NCBI GenBank assembly: GCA_040771805.1
Contig: JAXGZJ010000001.1
Location: 1,295,961 to 1,359,960 of the forward strand
Direction of reading: 5' to 3'
From: Methanofastidiosum sp.
GTDB taxonomy: Archaea > Methanobacteriota_B > Thermococci > Methanofastidiosales > Methanofastidiosaceae
Length of the DNA stretch: 64,000 bases
Shown: positions 10,090 to 21,638 of the stretch, piece after piece
Layout of the letters: each line of letters opens with the position of its first letter
Position numbering within the stretch: position 1 is the stretch's first letter
Notes under the pieces: model-generated
What the model was told of the DNA's origin: nothing
Seen by the model: the letters and a program-made list of their open reading frames with translations, nothing else
Database searches by the model: none
Translations under genes and position numbers: made by a program

Positions 10090-10107
10090 TACTTCCCCGT
10101 GGAAGTA
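10090..10107. promoter_or_regulatory. Perfect palindrome TACTTCC-ccgt-GGAAGTA
   Basis: 7-bp inverted repeat about 20 bp upstream of the SD (GGAGGT) of the SBP gene. Operator or RNA hairpin candidate. Confidence 0.3.
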
Positions 10108-10125
10108 CGATAATGGAGGTATTAA

Positions 10126-10902
10126 ATGAAAAGAGTAGCTCAATTAAGCATTGTATTGTTATTGATATTGGCTGTTGTTGCAGCTAGTGGATGTACCAGT
10201 TCTAAAGGCAGAAAATTAGTAAAAGAAGGGTATCTTACTATTGGAACTGAAGCTGAATTCGCTCCATTTGAAGTGAGATTGGGAGATGGCAGTTTCTATG
10301 GTTTTGATATAGCATTGGGTGAAGCAATAGCTAAGGAACTAGGATTAAAGGTAGACTATATAGATACAGATTTTGCCGGAATTATATTATCTCTAAATTC
10401 TGGAAAATTTGATATTGCTATGTCAGCTATGACAATAACAGAGGAAAGAAAAAAATCAATTAATTTCTCTGATCCATATTTTGATACTGGCTTAAGTTTG
10501 GCAGTTCCCGCCAATAGTCCTGTCCAAAAATTAGACGATTTGGATGGCAAAATTATTGGAGTACAACTTGGAACTACCGGAGATCTATATGCATCTAGTC
10601 TTAAGAATGTAAGGGAAATTAAGAGATATCCACATGCGCCAGATGCATTTCTCGACATGAAAAATGGAAAAGTAGACGCAGTAATTAATGATGATGTTGT
10701 TTCAAAGCCTATAGTTGCAAAAGATCCAAATTCCTTTAAGATTATTAGCGGTCTATTAACAATAGAGCAGTATGGAATTGCAGTTCCAAAAGATAATGAA
10801 GCATTACTTCAGAAAATAAATGCAGCACTTAAAAAAATCAAAGAAGACGGAACATACGACAATATATATGACCAATATATAATCCACTACTCTGCAGAAT
10901 AA
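10126..10902 (+). CDS. Amino-acid ABC transporter substrate-binding lipoprotein (polar amino acid / glutamine-binding family)
   Basis: Signal peptide with lipobox AASGC. PBP type-II pattern is present. It leads the permease and ATPase genes. Confidence 0.85.
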   Translation: MKRVAQLSIVLLLILAVVAASGCTSSKGRKLVKEGYLTIGTEAEFAPFEVRLGDGSFYGFDIALGEAIAKELGLKVDYIDTDFAGIILSLNSGKFDIAMSAMTITEERKKSINFSDPYFDTGLSLAVPANSPVQKLDDLDGKIIGVQLGTTGDLYASSLKNVREIKRYPHAPDAFLDMKNGKVDAVINDDVVSKPIVAKDPNSFKIISGLLTIEQYGIAVPKDNEALLQKINAALKKIKEDGTYDNIYDQYIIHYSAE

Positions 10903-10921
10903 ATCAAAAAAGGCGACCAAT

Positions 10922-11587
10922 ATGGCGGGACAAGGATTTCAAATTGACTTATTTATAAAGATACTACCTGAACTACTTAGAGGTGCAGCAATAACTGTTC
11001 AATTAACAGCATTCTCTGTAGCAATAGGCACTTTGATAGGATTATTTGCAGGTATGGCGAGAATATCTCATTATAAAATATTTAATTTACCTTCAGCATT
11101 TTATGTCGAAGTAATCCGAGGAACACCATTATTGGTCCAAATAATGATTGTTTATTACGGGTTGCCCGCATTAGGATTTAATCTTGACCAGTATACTTCA
11201 GGCATACTTGCTTTGTCTATTAATAGTGGAGCGTATATCGCGGAAATATTTAAAGCAGGAATTAAATCTATTAAAAAAGGACAAACTGAAGCTTCGATTT
11301 CTTTAGGATTAAATTATATGCAAACAATGAGATATGTAATATTGCCACAAGCAACTAGAAATATATTGCCTGCTTTAGGAAATGAATTTATAGCCCTATT
11401 GAAGGATTCGTCACTCGTTTCAGTCATTGCTATATCAGAACTATTAAGAAGAGGTATGATAGTTTATTCAAGAACTTACGATGCATGGACTCCACTCTTA
11501 GGTGTTGCATTAATTTATCTTTGTATCACAATCCCATTATCTAGAGCAGTCCAATTCATTGAGAAGAGGTGGGAAATCCATGATTAA
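10922..11587 (+). CDS. Amino-acid ABC transporter permease (His/Gln/Glu family)
   Basis: The EAA-like loop ...[18 protein letters not shown]... and 5-TM topology fit this family. Confidence 0.85.
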   Translation: MAGQGFQIDLFIKILPELLRGAAITVQLTAFSVAIGTLIGLFAGMARISHYKIFNLPSAFYVEVIRGTPLLVQIMIVYYGLPALGFNLDQYTSGILALSINSGAYIAEIFKAGIKSIKKGQTEASISLGLNYMQTMRYVILPQATRNILPALGNEFIALLKDSSLVSVIAISELLRRGMIVYSRTYDAWTPLLGVALIYLCITIPLSRAVQFIEKRWEIHD

Positions 11588-12365
11588 AAAGATATCAATG
11601 AAAAAAAAATCTGAAAAAAATATCATTTCAAATGGGGGCCCAGTAATAAAGATGGTTAACGTTACAAAATCATTTGGAGAGTTGGTAGTCCTAAGAAATA
11701 TCAATGTCGAAATAAAAAAAGGCGAAGTATTGGTTGTTCTTGGTCCGTCTGGATCAGGAAAAAGTACTCTAATTCGGTGTATTAACAGATTAGAAAAAAT
11801 TGACGAAGGAAAAATATTATTAGACGGTAAGGATATTTACTCTCCCGACATGGATGTACATAAACTAAGAACAAGAGTAGGAATGGTTTTCCAACAGTTT
11901 AATCTATTCCCACACATGAAAGTTATCGACAATATCATGCTATCTCCAATTAAAGTAAAAAATATACCCAAGGATAAAGCTAAAGAAGAAGCAATGGAGC
12001 TATTAAAAAAAGTTGGGCTTGAAGACAAATTCAACTCGTTCCCCCATGAGTTATCTGGAGGACAACAACAAAGAGTTGCTATTGCAAGAGCTCTTGCTAT
12101 GAATCCTGAAGTTATGTTATTCGATGAAGTTACATCTGCCCTAGACCCAGAACTAGTAAAAGGCGTTCTTGAAACTATGAAAGAGCTTGCAACAATGGGT
12201 ATGACAATGGTAGTCGTGACCCACGAAATGGGATTCGCAAAAGAGGTTGCAGATAGAGTTATTTTCATGGACGAAGGCATTATAATAGAGGAAAATGAAC
12301 CAAAGGAATTGTTTGAAAATCCCCAAAACCCACGAACTCAAGCCTTTATTTCAAAAATATTATAA
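11580..12365 (+). CDS. Amino-acid ABC transporter ATP-binding protein
   Basis: Walker [10 protein letters not shown], signature [15 protein letters not shown], Walker [11 protein letters not shown]. Start moved to ATG 11580 (MIKKISM), overlapping the permease stop (the listed ORF begins at 11559). Confidence 0.85.
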   Translation: MIKKISMKKKSEKNIISNGGPVIKMVNVTKSFGELVVLRNINVEIKKGEVLVVLGPSGSGKSTLIRCINRLEKIDEGKILLDGKDIYSPDMDVHKLRTRVGMVFQQFNLFPHMKVIDNIMLSPIKVKNIPKDKAKEEAMELLKKVGLEDKFNSFPHELSGGQQQRVAIARALAMNPEVMLFDEVTSALDPELVKGVLETMKELATMGMTMVVVTHEMGFAKEVADRVIFMDEGIIIEENEPKELFENPQNPRTQAFISKIL

Positions 12366-12390
12366 TAATTTTTTTACTTTATTTTCTAAT
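12366..12390 (+). terminator. T-rich terminator candidate after ABC operon
   Basis: TAATTTTTTTACTTTATTTTC follows the stop codon. Confidence 0.3.
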
Positions 12391-12528
12391 AGGTAATTTT
12401 CAATAGGCCTCATTTAATTCAAGTGAAATTGTCTGGAGTAATTTTATCATTTCCAGTTCATTATATTTGCTTAAACTTTAAATAGACATATGCATAAAAT
12501 AAAAATAACTACTGTATCGAGGGATTGT

Positions 12529-13086
12529 ATGGATGTTAAAGAGGCGATTGATAAAAGAAGGGCATATAGGTCTTTAGATCCTATAAAGATAACACCAGAA
12601 ATCATAGATTCAATGGCAGAAAGCGCTAAATTATCCCCCTCATGCTTTAATAATCAACCTTGGAGATTTATTTTTGTAACTGATACAGATGCTCTAGAAA
12701 ATATGCATTCTGCACTTTCAAAAGGTAATGAATGGGCTAAAACTGCCTCTATGATTATAGTTGTAATTTCAAAAAAAGAGAATGACTGCGTAATAGGGAG
12801 TAGGGAGTATTATCTATTTGACACTGGGATGGCAACAGCTTTCATTATTCTTAGAGCAACTGAACTTGGACTAGTTGCACATCCAATTGCAGGATATAGC
12901 CCTAAGAAAACTAGAGAAATTTTAGGGATACCTGAAGAGATGAACGTCATTGCATTAGTTATTGTAGGAAAACACTCATCTAAAATGAATCCACTTATGT
13001 CTGAAAGTCAAAAAATTGTTGAAAAAGAACGACCAGAAAGACTAAAGATTAATGAATTTGTGTATTTAAACAAATATCGTGGATAA
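12529..13086 (+). CDS. Nitroreductase family protein
   Basis: Nitroreductase N-terminal pattern MDVKEAIDKRRAYRS followed by ...CFNNQPWRFIFV... The start is likely ATG 12529 rather than 12490. Confidence 0.75.
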   Translation: MDVKEAIDKRRAYRSLDPIKITPEIIDSMAESAKLSPSCFNNQPWRFIFVTDTDALENMHSALSKGNEWAKTASMIIVVISKKENDCVIGSREYYLFDTGMATAFIILRATELGLVAHPIAGYSPKKTREILGIPEEMNVIALVIVGKHSSKMNPLMSESQKIVEKERPERLKINEFVYLNKYRG

Positions 13087-13184
13087 ATATTAAATTAATC
13101 AAAATCCAAGAAAACTTATAAATATACAATAATTATACAGATAAGAAAAAATAATAGAATTTTTTAAGTATTGAGGGATTTGAA

Positions 13185-14888
13185 ATGGACGATATATCTA
13201 TTGTTATTTGTGGTGAAGCTGGACAAGGTATAGAAACTATTGAAAAAATTTTAACCAAAGTACTAAAAACATCCGGATATCATGTGTTCTCTGCAAGGGA
13301 ATATATGTCTAGAATAAGGGGGGGCGTAAATTCTACTGAAATAAGGATCTCTTCAAAATCAATTAAGGCATATGTTAATAGAATCGATTTACTGTTTGCT
13401 TTAAATAATAAATCGATTGATCACTTGAAAGATAGGACATCAGATTCCACATTGATATTCGGAGACAAAGAGATTATAAACAATATCTCTGATTTAATTG
13501 ACATTCCATTGTTAAAAATAACTAATAATCCCGGTAATTTAAGATATTCTAACATGGTAATTGTAGGAATTATATGTGGGCTGCTTGATGTATCAAAAAA
13601 CGATATAGATAATCACATATCAAAATATTTTGGTGAAAAGGGAGAAAAAATAGTAAATAAGAACCTAGAGTCCATAAGCGAAGGATATCGACTGGCAAAT
13701 AAACTTATTGAAACAGGCATTAATATTAAAATAAAGAAAGGTATCGAATTTTCGAGAGACTTAAGTAAAGATAATTTAATGTCAGGCATTACTGCAATTG
13801 CACTAGGGGCATTAGCCGGAGGATGTAATTTTATTTCTGGATATCCCATGACTCCGGCAACTGGAGTTCTATCTTTTATGTCAAAATACTCTAAAGAGTT
13901 TGAAGTAATTGCTGAACAAACAGAAGACGAAATTAGTGCCATAACTATGGCAATTGGATCTTGGTATGCGGGCGGAAGAGGGATGACAACAACATCCGGA
14001 GGCGGATTCGCCTTAATGGAAGAAGGAATTAGTTTATCCGGCATGGCTGAAAATCCAGTTGTAATACATATCGGGCAAAGGCCTGGGCCAGCTACAGGAC
14101 TTGCAACTAGAACTGAACAAGGAGATCTGGAAACTTCACTATATTCAGGCCATAGCGAATTTGCGAGATTAATTCTATCTCCAGGAAGTATAGAAGATTG
14201 TTTTTATCTAACAAAGTATGCATTCTCTATAGCTGATAAATTTCAAATACCTGTATTTATACTAACAGATCAATATCTATTGGATTGCCAATACAATTTT
14301 TCTCCATTGGACTATAACAAATATCCAATAAAAAAATATATTGAAAAAACAAATAAAGATTATCATAGATATAAATTTACAAAAACTGGCATTTCGCCCA
14401 GAGGTATACCCGGATTTGGGGAAGGCCTTGTAATACAAACTGGAAATGAACATGATGAAACGGGATATATTACTGAAGATGCTGTTCTAAGAAAAAAAAT
14501 GGTAGAAAAAAGGACATATGATAAACTTAATCAATTAAAAAACGAAGTTATATATCCAGAATTACTTGGTGGAAAAGCATATAGATTTCTTTTGATAGGA
14601 TGGGGATCAACAAGAAATATCGTTGAAGAAGCTTTGAAGCAAATAAAAGAGCCGAGATTAGGATTTTTACATTTCAAACAGGTGTACCCCCTACCAAGGG
14701 AAATCATGGGATATCTTGTCAATGCCCAAAAAGTAATAGCAATAGAAAATAATGCCACCGGGCAATTTGCAAATCTTATAAAAAAAGAAACTGGTTTTGA
14801 AATTAAAAATAAAATTTTAAAGTATGATGGCAGGCCATTTTCTGTGGAAGATGTTGCATCAAAAGTAAAAAAAATTTTGGAGGAATGA
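13185..14888 (+). CDS. 2-oxoacid:ferredoxin oxidoreductase alpha subunit (fused gamma-alpha type)
   Basis: 567 aa. An N-terminal gamma-like domain is fused to an alpha domain (..[10 protein letters not shown].. ..GGGFALM..). The beta subunit follows with a 1-nt gap. Confidence 0.85.
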   Translation: MDDISIVICGEAGQGIETIEKILTKVLKTSGYHVFSAREYMSRIRGGVNSTEIRISSKSIKAYVNRIDLLFALNNKSIDHLKDRTSDSTLIFGDKEIINNISDLIDIPLLKITNNPGNLRYSNMVIVGIICGLLDVSKNDIDNHISKYFGEKGEKIVNKNLESISEGYRLANKLIETGINIKIKKGIEFSRDLSKDNLMSGITAIALGALAGGCNFISGYPMTPATGVLSFMSKYSKEFEVIAEQTEDEISAITMAIGSWYAGGRGMTTTSGGGFALMEEGISLSGMAENPVVIHIGQRPGPATGLATRTEQGDLETSLYSGHSEFARLILSPGSIEDCFYLTKYAFSIADKFQIPVFILTDQYLLDCQYNFSPLDYNKYPIKKYIEKTNKDYHRYKFTKTGISPRGIPGFGEGLVIQTGNEHDETGYITEDAVLRKKMVEKRTYDKLNQLKNEVIYPELLGGKAYRFLLIGWGSTRNIVEEALKQIKEPRLGFLHFKQVYPLPREIMGYLVNAQKVIAIENNATGQFANLIKKETGFEIKNKILKYDGRPFSVEDVASKVKKILEE

Positions 14889-14889
14889 A

Positions 14890-15750
14890 ATGGAAGCAAA
14901 GGATTTTGATTTATTAAATATCGACATAACATGGTGTCCTGGATGTGGTAACTTTGCTTTATTACGAATTTTAAAGGAGACATTTGCAGAACTGAGAATA
15001 AATCCTGAAAATCTTGTAGTTGTTTCTGGTATTGGTCAGTCTTCAAAAACTCCACATTACTTTAAGACAAATTCTTTTCATACGTTACATGGTAGGGCCA
15101 TTCCAATAGCTACAGCTGTAAAAGCTGTCAATCCAAGTCTAACAGTAATTGCGGAAGGCGGAGACGGAGATATGTATGGTGAAGGTGGCAATCATATGAT
15201 CCATGCTATTAGGAGAAATCCTGATATAACAAACATAATACACAACAATATGGTTTATGGTTTGACGAAAGGTCAAGCGTCTCCCACTACAATGATGGGA
15301 ACTAAAACAACGTTACAAGTGGAGGGTGTTATACTTGACCCCTTTAATCCAATTGCTGTAGCCATAGCATTGAACGCCTCTTTTGTTGCTCGTGCATTCG
15401 TTGGAGATATAGAACAAACAAAAGAAATTTTGAAGAAAGCAATTAATCATAAGGGTTATGCGATAGTAGACATATTTCAACAATGCCCTTCATTTAATAA
15501 GATAAATACTTATGAATGGTTTAAAAAGAATACTTACTATATTGATGATAAACATGACCCCTATGACAGAATTGAAGCGTTCAAAAGATCAATAGAAACA
15601 GAAAAATTACCACTTGGTATCTTTTATATAAATAATAAAAAATCATTTGAGGAAAACATTGGACTATATGCAGATAATAAAGAGCCAATTTGTTTCAGAG
15701 AACGAGAAACGAATAAAATTCAAGAATTTATCGAATTAAATATGCGTTGA
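14890..15750 (+). CDS. 2-oxoacid:ferredoxin oxidoreductase beta subunit (TPP-binding)
   Basis: The WCPGCGNF motif and the TPP-binding GDG..Y.EGGNH pattern are present. Confidence 0.85.
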   Translation: MEAKDFDLLNIDITWCPGCGNFALLRILKETFAELRINPENLVVVSGIGQSSKTPHYFKTNSFHTLHGRAIPIATAVKAVNPSLTVIAEGGDGDMYGEGGNHMIHAIRRNPDITNIIHNNMVYGLTKGQASPTTMMGTKTTLQVEGVILDPFNPIAVAIALNASFVARAFVGDIEQTKEILKKAINHKGYAIVDIFQQCPSFNKINTYEWFKKNTYYIDDKHDPYDRIEAFKRSIETEKLPLGIFYINNKKSFEENIGLYADNKEPICFRERETNKIQEFIELNMR

Positions 15751-15831
15751 ATCCATATGATTGCAAAGTTATTTAAACTAATTTAATTTTTTCACTCTAA
15801 GGTGATAGTATAGCTACTAAGAAAAAGAAAG

Positions 15832-16391
15832 ATGTTACCGAAAAAAAAGTAACTAAAGCTACAAAAACCGCAGAAAAAAAGGGTATCGCAACAAAAACAA
15901 TAAAAAAAACTACCACTACTAAAACAGATAAATCATTCTTAAATGACACAAAGAAAATAGTAATAATTGGGGTAGTTGCATTAATAGTAATAATAGCTGC
16001 AATAGCTGGCGTTTCCCTCTCACAAACAAGTGAAGAAAAGAAAGTTGAAGAAGCAGTGAGATTACATATTGAATACTACAACACTAGGAATATTGATGCG
16101 TATTATGACTTAATATCTCAAAATTCCAAAAACAAGTATGGAATTAAGTTAGAAGATATATCAAATCTTTTAAACAAAGCAGCATTTGATGGAACAAACA
16201 TCACTATTGTAAATATCAGTCAAATAAAAATACATGGAAATGATGCAGAAGTTATAGGAGTTATAACTGCGAAAAACAATCAAGGATCTGAAACAAGAAC
16301 TTTCATTGAACTATACAAAAAAGAAAACGGCGTATGGAAATACGAACAAAGAATGTGGCAAGATACTGCTACTTCTCAGATTCCCCAGTGA
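15832..16391 (+). CDS. Membrane-anchored protein (Lys/Thr-rich N-tail, one TM, ~110-aa extracytoplasmic domain); probable frameshift at A8 tract
   Basis: The frame-0 ORF runs from 15801 with no ATG. The only ATG (15832) is in frame +1 and joins frame 0 across AAAAAAAA (15841-15848). Downstream sequence: ...KKIVIIGVVALIVIIAAIAGVSL...RLHIEYYNT... Confidence 0.45.
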
Positions 16392-16905
16392 TAATATTTT
16401 TTCCTTTTTCACATGGGATAATCTTTAATTTTGCGTTTTTAAATTCTTTTTTGATTTCTTTACCAGAATATAGCCTATCTAAAAAAAGTGTAAGTGCAGA
16501 TATTTCTGAATGAGGTTGATTAGTGACCGAGAGATTATAATCCGACATTTCATATATATCTTTTGGAACCTTTTCTGCACCTATGACTATCATCAAATTA
16601 CTATTATTTTTAAAAACTATGTCTTTAATTTCTTCAATTTTATTTTCAAATGGTATGCCATACATTGTTAAATGAACAGAGATCCCCTCAAATTTTTTAA
16701 AAGCTTGCTTATAAGTTTCAAAATGAACCGAAAAATTACCTCCCCACCTTTTACATACACTGTCTATACTTTTTTTTATTTTTTCATCTTTTTCCCAAAT
16801 TGAAATTGAATCTGCTCCAAATGCTCTTGAAACTAATGCAACATGCGTCGTAATCCGATGATCGCGTTCAGGCCTATGACCAATTCTAAGAACAGTTATA
16901 CTCAT
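16369..16905 (-). CDS. trm56: tRNA (cytidine56-2'-O)-methyltransferase aTrm56 (SPOUT)
   Basis: The N-terminus VLRIGHRPERDHRITTHVALVSRAFGA is the aTrm56 hallmark. Confidence 0.8.
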   Translation of the reverse strand: MSITVLRIGHRPERDHRITTHVALVSRAFGADSISIWEKDEKIKKSIDSVCKRWGGNFSVHFETYKQAFKKFEGISVHLTMYGIPFENKIEEIKDIVFKNNSNLMIVIGAEKVPKDIYEMSDYNLSVTNQPHSEISALTLFLDRLYSGKEIKKEFKNAKLKIIPCEKGKNIITGESEK

Positions 16906-17123
16906 TTTTTTATCATCGTAGAAGACATTTGTACACCAGGAACTCGTCTGATGGCGCTAGTGAGAATATCGAGCTCACCTAATTCTTTCACATTAACTTT
17001 AACGATCATATCATATTCTCCGTAGAGTTCATGCACTTCAATAACATTTTTCATATTAGATATTTTTTCAATAACATCTTCTTCAGACCCAGGTTGTACA
17101 ACACATAATATAAATGCTATCAT
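16902..17123 (-). CDS. Stand-alone Lrp/AsnC C-terminal (RAM) domain protein
   Basis: 73 aa. The betaalphabetabetaalphabeta RAM pattern (..VVQPGSEEDV...VIEVHELYGEYDMIVKV...IRRVPGV..) fits. It overlaps trm56 by 4 nt. Confidence 0.5.
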   Translation of the reverse strand: MIAFILCVVQPGSEEDVIEKISNMKNVIEVHELYGEYDMIVKVNVKELGELDILTSAIRRVPGVQMSSTMIKK

Positions 17124-17287
17124 TTTATCCCTTCTTTTTATAAATTATGTATATTTTTAAACTTTTGCCTATACTAGGCCTATATACAGATAGTTTTGTA
17201 ATATCAGACCTTTTACCATTAAATATACTATCTTTCCGTTGATTTATTGTTTCATTAATTTTCTTATCAACATAGGATATTTCAATG

Positions 17288-17968
17288 CTAAAAAGATTTT
17301 TTCCCTATTAGGACGATGTATCTTCCGAAACTGTTTATAATAGGTAAAAACGTCAATTTTGGGTATAATGAACCTATTTTTAAAGAATAATCCTTGAACA
17401 TGTTTTGAAGTTCTTTTATTGAATAATATCTTATTCGCACTGATATTTTTTTTCCATCTAAATTAATAGATATTTTACCTTTTCGTTTCTTGATAGCTAC
17501 CATAGGATTTTTTCCTTGTTTTATTGATTTCAATATCCAATGGATATTGTATATATTCCCCACAGTAAACATTAAAGTTCCATCACGTCTTAAACAGCCG
17601 TTTAAATTTAGCTTAAAATTGTTCATGTTTGCGTGATTTAAAGCGCCAAATATGGAAACTACATTATCAAATGCATCTTCCTTGAATGGAAGTTTTTCTA
17701 CATCTGCTACAATAAAAAAATCACCATTTTGCATACTTTTTGCTTTTTTTACCATTTCAAGTGAAATGTCAGCAGAGACAACGCTATGCCCGATTTCTTT
17801 CAAAATTTTAGAGTGATATCCTGTACCACAACCAATGTCTAATGTCAAGCCTAAAGGCAAATTTTTTAGTAACTTCACCTCTTCCTTCCTCATCACTTGA
17901 TTTAAGCGATTAGAATACTTTATATCATACTCTTTTGAAAGCAAATCGTAAAAATTTCTTTTATTCAT
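17288..17968 (-). CDS. Class I SAM-dependent methyltransferase
   Basis: Motif I LDIGCGTGYHS and the acidic D in SADIS are present. Confidence 0.75.
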   Translation of the reverse strand: MNKRNFYDLLSKEYDIKYSNRLNQVMRKEEVKLLKNLPLGLTLDIGCGTGYHSKILKEIGHSVVSADISLEMVKKAKSMQNGDFFIVADVEKLPFKEDAFDNVVSIFGALNHANMNNFKLNLNGCLRRDGTLMFTVGNIYNIHWILKSIKQGKNPMVAIKKRKGKISINLDGKKISVRIRYYSIKELQNMFKDYSLKIGSLYPKLTFLPIINSFGRYIVLIGKKSF

Positions 17969-18067
17969 CTAATTGTATTGATTATTAATCTGATTAAATC
18001 TTTTTGGATATGTCACTATATCAATAAAATTTAAGAAGTCAACTGATAAGTAATTAATAGTGTTTTT

Positions 18068-18949
18068 ATGAGGCCTCTGGGATTACTTTGTATTTTGTTA
18101 TTAATTATCCCCGGATGTATTAATCTAATAACAGATGATTTGCCAAAAGGGAATACTATAAGCCCCTCAAATGATGCTATTCCTCCTAAAAAGTACTCTG
18201 TAATCGATTCAGATATCCCTCTCACTTATTACGGAAAGATTGATGGTGTAGAGATAGGTTACCAAATTGCTCCCCACAATGTTGCTATGAAATCCTTAGA
18301 AGCATTTTATAAATACCATGATACAGGCGAGGAATCATATAAAAAAAGAGGATTGTATCTTGCGGATTGGTTATTAGCTAATGCGACATATAGGGGAGCA
18401 GGTAATTTTGTGGTCTGGGAATATAATTATCCTTGGCCCCCATATAATCTTGAATCTGGGTGGACAGGCTCTTTAAATCAAGCAACTATAATAAAGGCAC
18501 TTTCTTTTGCATATTTATATTCAAAAGATTTGAAGTATATTGAGATGATTAATAAAAGTCTGAATGCCTTTGAAGTAGATGTTAAAAATGGCGGGCTTAG
18601 AATTACTCGGGAAGACGAAGGAATAGATTATGTTTGGTACCCAGAGTATGCAAAAGAAAATCCCCCTTATGTATTAAATGGATTTATAACTGTGTTGATT
18701 AGATTAAGAGAGTATTACCTTATCACTACAGATAAAAAGGCAGAAAAATTATATCTTGAAGGCTTAGAGTCTTTAGTCCATTATTTACCGGATTACGATG
18801 CTGGTGAAAAGAAGAGTTACTATGATGCTCTTGGTAATATTGCAAATAAGCATTATCATGAAATGCATATCGCTCAATTATGCTCTCTTTATGAGTATAC
18901 TAAAACTCCAATATTTAAAGAGTATAAAGAAAAATGGGAAAGAGAATAA
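18068..18949 (+). CDS. Secreted lipoprotein, D-glucuronyl C5-epimerase C-terminal-like domain (tentative)
   Basis: Signal peptide with lipobox-like PGC. The W/Y-rich region (YNYPWPPYNLESGWTGSLNQA) is reminiscent of the alpha/alpha-barrel epimerase C-terminus. This assignment is tentative. Confidence 0.45.
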   Translation: MRPLGLLCILLLIIPGCINLITDDLPKGNTISPSNDAIPPKKYSVIDSDIPLTYYGKIDGVEIGYQIAPHNVAMKSLEAFYKYHDTGEESYKKRGLYLADWLLANATYRGAGNFVVWEYNYPWPPYNLESGWTGSLNQATIIKALSFAYLYSKDLKYIEMINKSLNAFEVDVKNGGLRITREDEGIDYVWYPEYAKENPPYVLNGFITVLIRLREYYLITTDKKAEKLYLEGLESLVHYLPDYDAGEKKSYYDALGNIANKHYHEMHIAQLCSLYEYTKTPIFKEYKEKWERE

Positions 18950-19143
18950 TAATTAATATCTTCTCTTTTGTTTTCCTTGATTAACCAAGAATAACTTGAG
19001 TTCCATCCTGTACTGGCATTTGTGGGAGCTTAACGATATATTTTCACCTTTATATGGGGCCAGTGTTTTAAGAATACTATTGTTTTGACTACCTTCATAG
19101 AATTTATATATGTGAAAATATAGGAATATTAAGGTGGACTTCT

Positions 19144-20703
19144 GTGATAGCTAAAAAAGGCAAAGGCTTTGATATCATTTTAATCACTGCAGAGTATCAT
19201 GATGATCATCCATTATCTCCCTCCGGGATAATTTCAAGAGTTCTAGAAAGTAAGGGTTACAAAATTGGAATCATCGAAAAACCAATTACTAGGGAAGATT
19301 ATCTAAAACTTGGAGCACCAAAGCTGTTTTTCGGTGTTACTTCTGGCTCCATTGATAGTATGTTGCATAATTACACGCCATTAAAAAAAAAGAGGTCAGA
19401 GGATCCTCATTCAAATATATCATTGATGCCTGATAGGGCACTAATAGTATATTGTAATAAAATTAGAGAATATTTCAAATCAGCTTTAATAGTTATTGGA
19501 GGAATAGAGGCCTCGATGAGAAGATTTGCGCATTATGATTATTGGGACAACAATGTTCGGAGGAGTATTATTTTTGATACAAGGGCTAATATACTTGTTT
19601 ATGGAAATGGAGAAAAACAAATATTGGAGATTGCCGAAAGAATAAAAAAAGGCTTTAGCCTAGAAGGTATTCTTGGCACGTGTATAATAAGCAAAAATAT
19701 AGATGATAAATTTATATTACTTCCCTCATTTAAAGAAGTAAAAGAAGATTTTTCTAAGTTTTGTGAAATGCAGAGAATGCTTTCAAGTGAAATCAATTTA
19801 GCACAGTTTTATGATAATAACTATCTTCTTCAATATCATTATCCTGAATATACTACAGAAGACCTTGATTGGATATATTCTTTACCATATTCCAGAAAAC
19901 TTCATCCAAAATCATTTTTAAAAATGGCAAAATTCTCTGTAGTTAGTCATAGGGGTTGCATTGGCAACTGTAATTTTTGTTCTTTGAAACTCCACCAAGG
20001 AGACAAAATAATTTCGAGAAGTGAGAATTCAATACTAAATGAAATTGAATCCCTTGTTTCTCACCCTGACTTCAAAGGATATATAGATGATCTTGGTGGA
20101 CCTTCAGCAAATATGTATGGGATGGATTGTGATGACAAATGTAATCGAGAATGTATTAATTGCAATAAATTAAATTTAAGCCATAAAAGATTAATTTCGC
20201 TTTTAAAAAAGGCTAGAGAAATTCAAGGAGTTAAAAAAATTTTTATTAGAAGCGGGATAAGATATGATCTAGCAATAGAAAGTAAGGATTACATCAAAGA
20301 ACTTTCAAAATATCATATATCAGGTTGTCTAAAAATTGCTCCTGAACATTTTTCAGAAAAGGTATTAACATATATGAATAAAAAAAATTCTAAATTTGAC
20401 GAATTCGTCTCATTCTTCTATACTATTAACAAAAATAAGAAGCAATTTCTTAAATATTATTTAATGATTTGTCACCCAGGTGAAGATGAAATAGAGATAA
20501 AAAAATTAAAAGAAAAAATTAGTAAGTTATCAAATATAGATAGTTTTCAGATCTTTACTCCAACGCCAATGACAAATTCAACATGTATGTACTGGACTGA
20601 AATGGATCCAAAAAATATGAAAAAGGTAAAAGTGATATATGACTACAAAACTAAAAAGATGATGAAAAGATTAATCCTAGAAGAACTTAACAAACACAAT
20701 TAA
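19144..20703 (+). CDS. YgiQ-family (UPF0313) radical SAM protein
   Basis: GTG start with SD AGGTGG. An N-terminal B12-like/flavodoxin-like domain is followed by the radical-SAM cluster motif C-IGN-C-NF-C. Confidence 0.7.
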   Translation: MIAKKGKGFDIILITAEYHDDHPLSPSGIISRVLESKGYKIGIIEKPITREDYLKLGAPKLFFGVTSGSIDSMLHNYTPLKKKRSEDPHSNISLMPDRALIVYCNKIREYFKSALIVIGGIEASMRRFAHYDYWDNNVRRSIIFDTRANILVYGNGEKQILEIAERIKKGFSLEGILGTCIISKNIDDKFILLPSFKEVKEDFSKFCEMQRMLSSEINLAQFYDNNYLLQYHYPEYTTEDLDWIYSLPYSRKLHPKSFLKMAKFSVVSHRGCIGNCNFCSLKLHQGDKIISRSENSILNEIESLVSHPDFKGYIDDLGGPSANMYGMDCDDKCNRECINCNKLNLSHKRLISLLKKAREIQGVKKIFIRSGIRYDLAIESKDYIKELSKYHISGCLKIAPEHFSEKVLTYMNKKNSKFDEFVSFFYTINKNKKQFLKYYLMICHPGEDEIEIKKLKEKISKLSNIDSFQIFTPTPMTNSTCMYWTEMDPKNMKKVKVIYDYKTKKMMKRLILEELNKHN

Positions 20704-20753
20704 AATTTTTATTGTACTAATTCAACGAATTCCGTAAGGTATTAGAATTAAAC

Positions 20754-21638
20754 TTATTCTTTGATAGCTAGATAGTTCGATAACAAAATTAATCCGCCAC
20801 CTAGAAAAATATAAGAGTTAAGATCTTGATTAAAGAATGCCATTGCTATAATGGATGCCACTACTGGCTCCAATAAAAGTATTATTCCTGCCTTTGAAGC
20901 TTCAACTTTTTCTAATGCCTTATAAAATAGTGCATTTGGTAAAAAAGCTGCAATAAAAGAAAAAATACCAAATGAAAACCAATAACTAATTGGAAATTGA
21001 TACGTTAATCGTGTAAGGGCATCGTTTTGATAAAATAATTTAATAATTGGAAATAAAAGAATTAACCAAACTAAAGATATTAAAGAATAGGCAGAAACTG
21101 TATTTATATAGTACTCTTTACTAATTCCAGTTTTTCTAGCAAATACCACCCACAAAGAAAGGAATATACCTGCAAATAAAGAAGATACTACGCCTTTTAT
21201 ACTTCCAATATTTTCTATATCCCATGGGGAAAGCAAGAAAAATAATCCAAGAAACGCGATAGTCATGGATAGTATTTTCATTTTAGATATCATTTCATTT
21301 AAGATTAATCTTCCAAAAAAAGTAGTCCACATTGGTTGCGTGTATAGTAAAAGGGCTACAATGGCGATAGGTGTTCCAAAAATCACGCCGCCAAATTGTG
21401 TCAATTGTAACAATGCTCCAATTAATCCATATAAAATAAAAAAAGCCAAATTGTTTCGTCTAAGAGGAATAGTTTTTTTAAAACAAATGATTGGCAATGT
21501 TATAATAAAAAGAAATAATAATGAATAAACTGAGATTTCATAAAGAGAAAATCCTAAATTTGAAAAGTATTGTCCCCCGGGAATAATTAATCCAAAAAGT
21601 AATGCAGAAATAATAATTATCAAATAATCATTTTTCAT
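20754..21638 (-). CDS. EamA/DMT family transporter
   Basis: 10-TM protein with two EamA-like repeats. Confidence 0.75.
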   Translation of the reverse strand: MKNDYLIIIISALLFGLIIPGGQYFSNLGFSLYEISVYSLLFLFIITLPIICFKKTIPLRRNNLAFFILYGLIGALLQLTQFGGVIFGTPIAIVALLLYTQPMWTTFFGRLILNEMISKMKILSMTIAFLGLFFLLSPWDIENIGSIKGVVSSLFAGIFLSLWVVFARKTGISKEYYINTVSAYSLISLVWLILLFPIIKLFYQNDALTRLTYQFPISYWFSFGIFSFIAAFLPNALFYKALEKVEASKAGIILLLEPVVASIIAMAFFNQDLNSYIFLGGGLILLSNYLAIKE

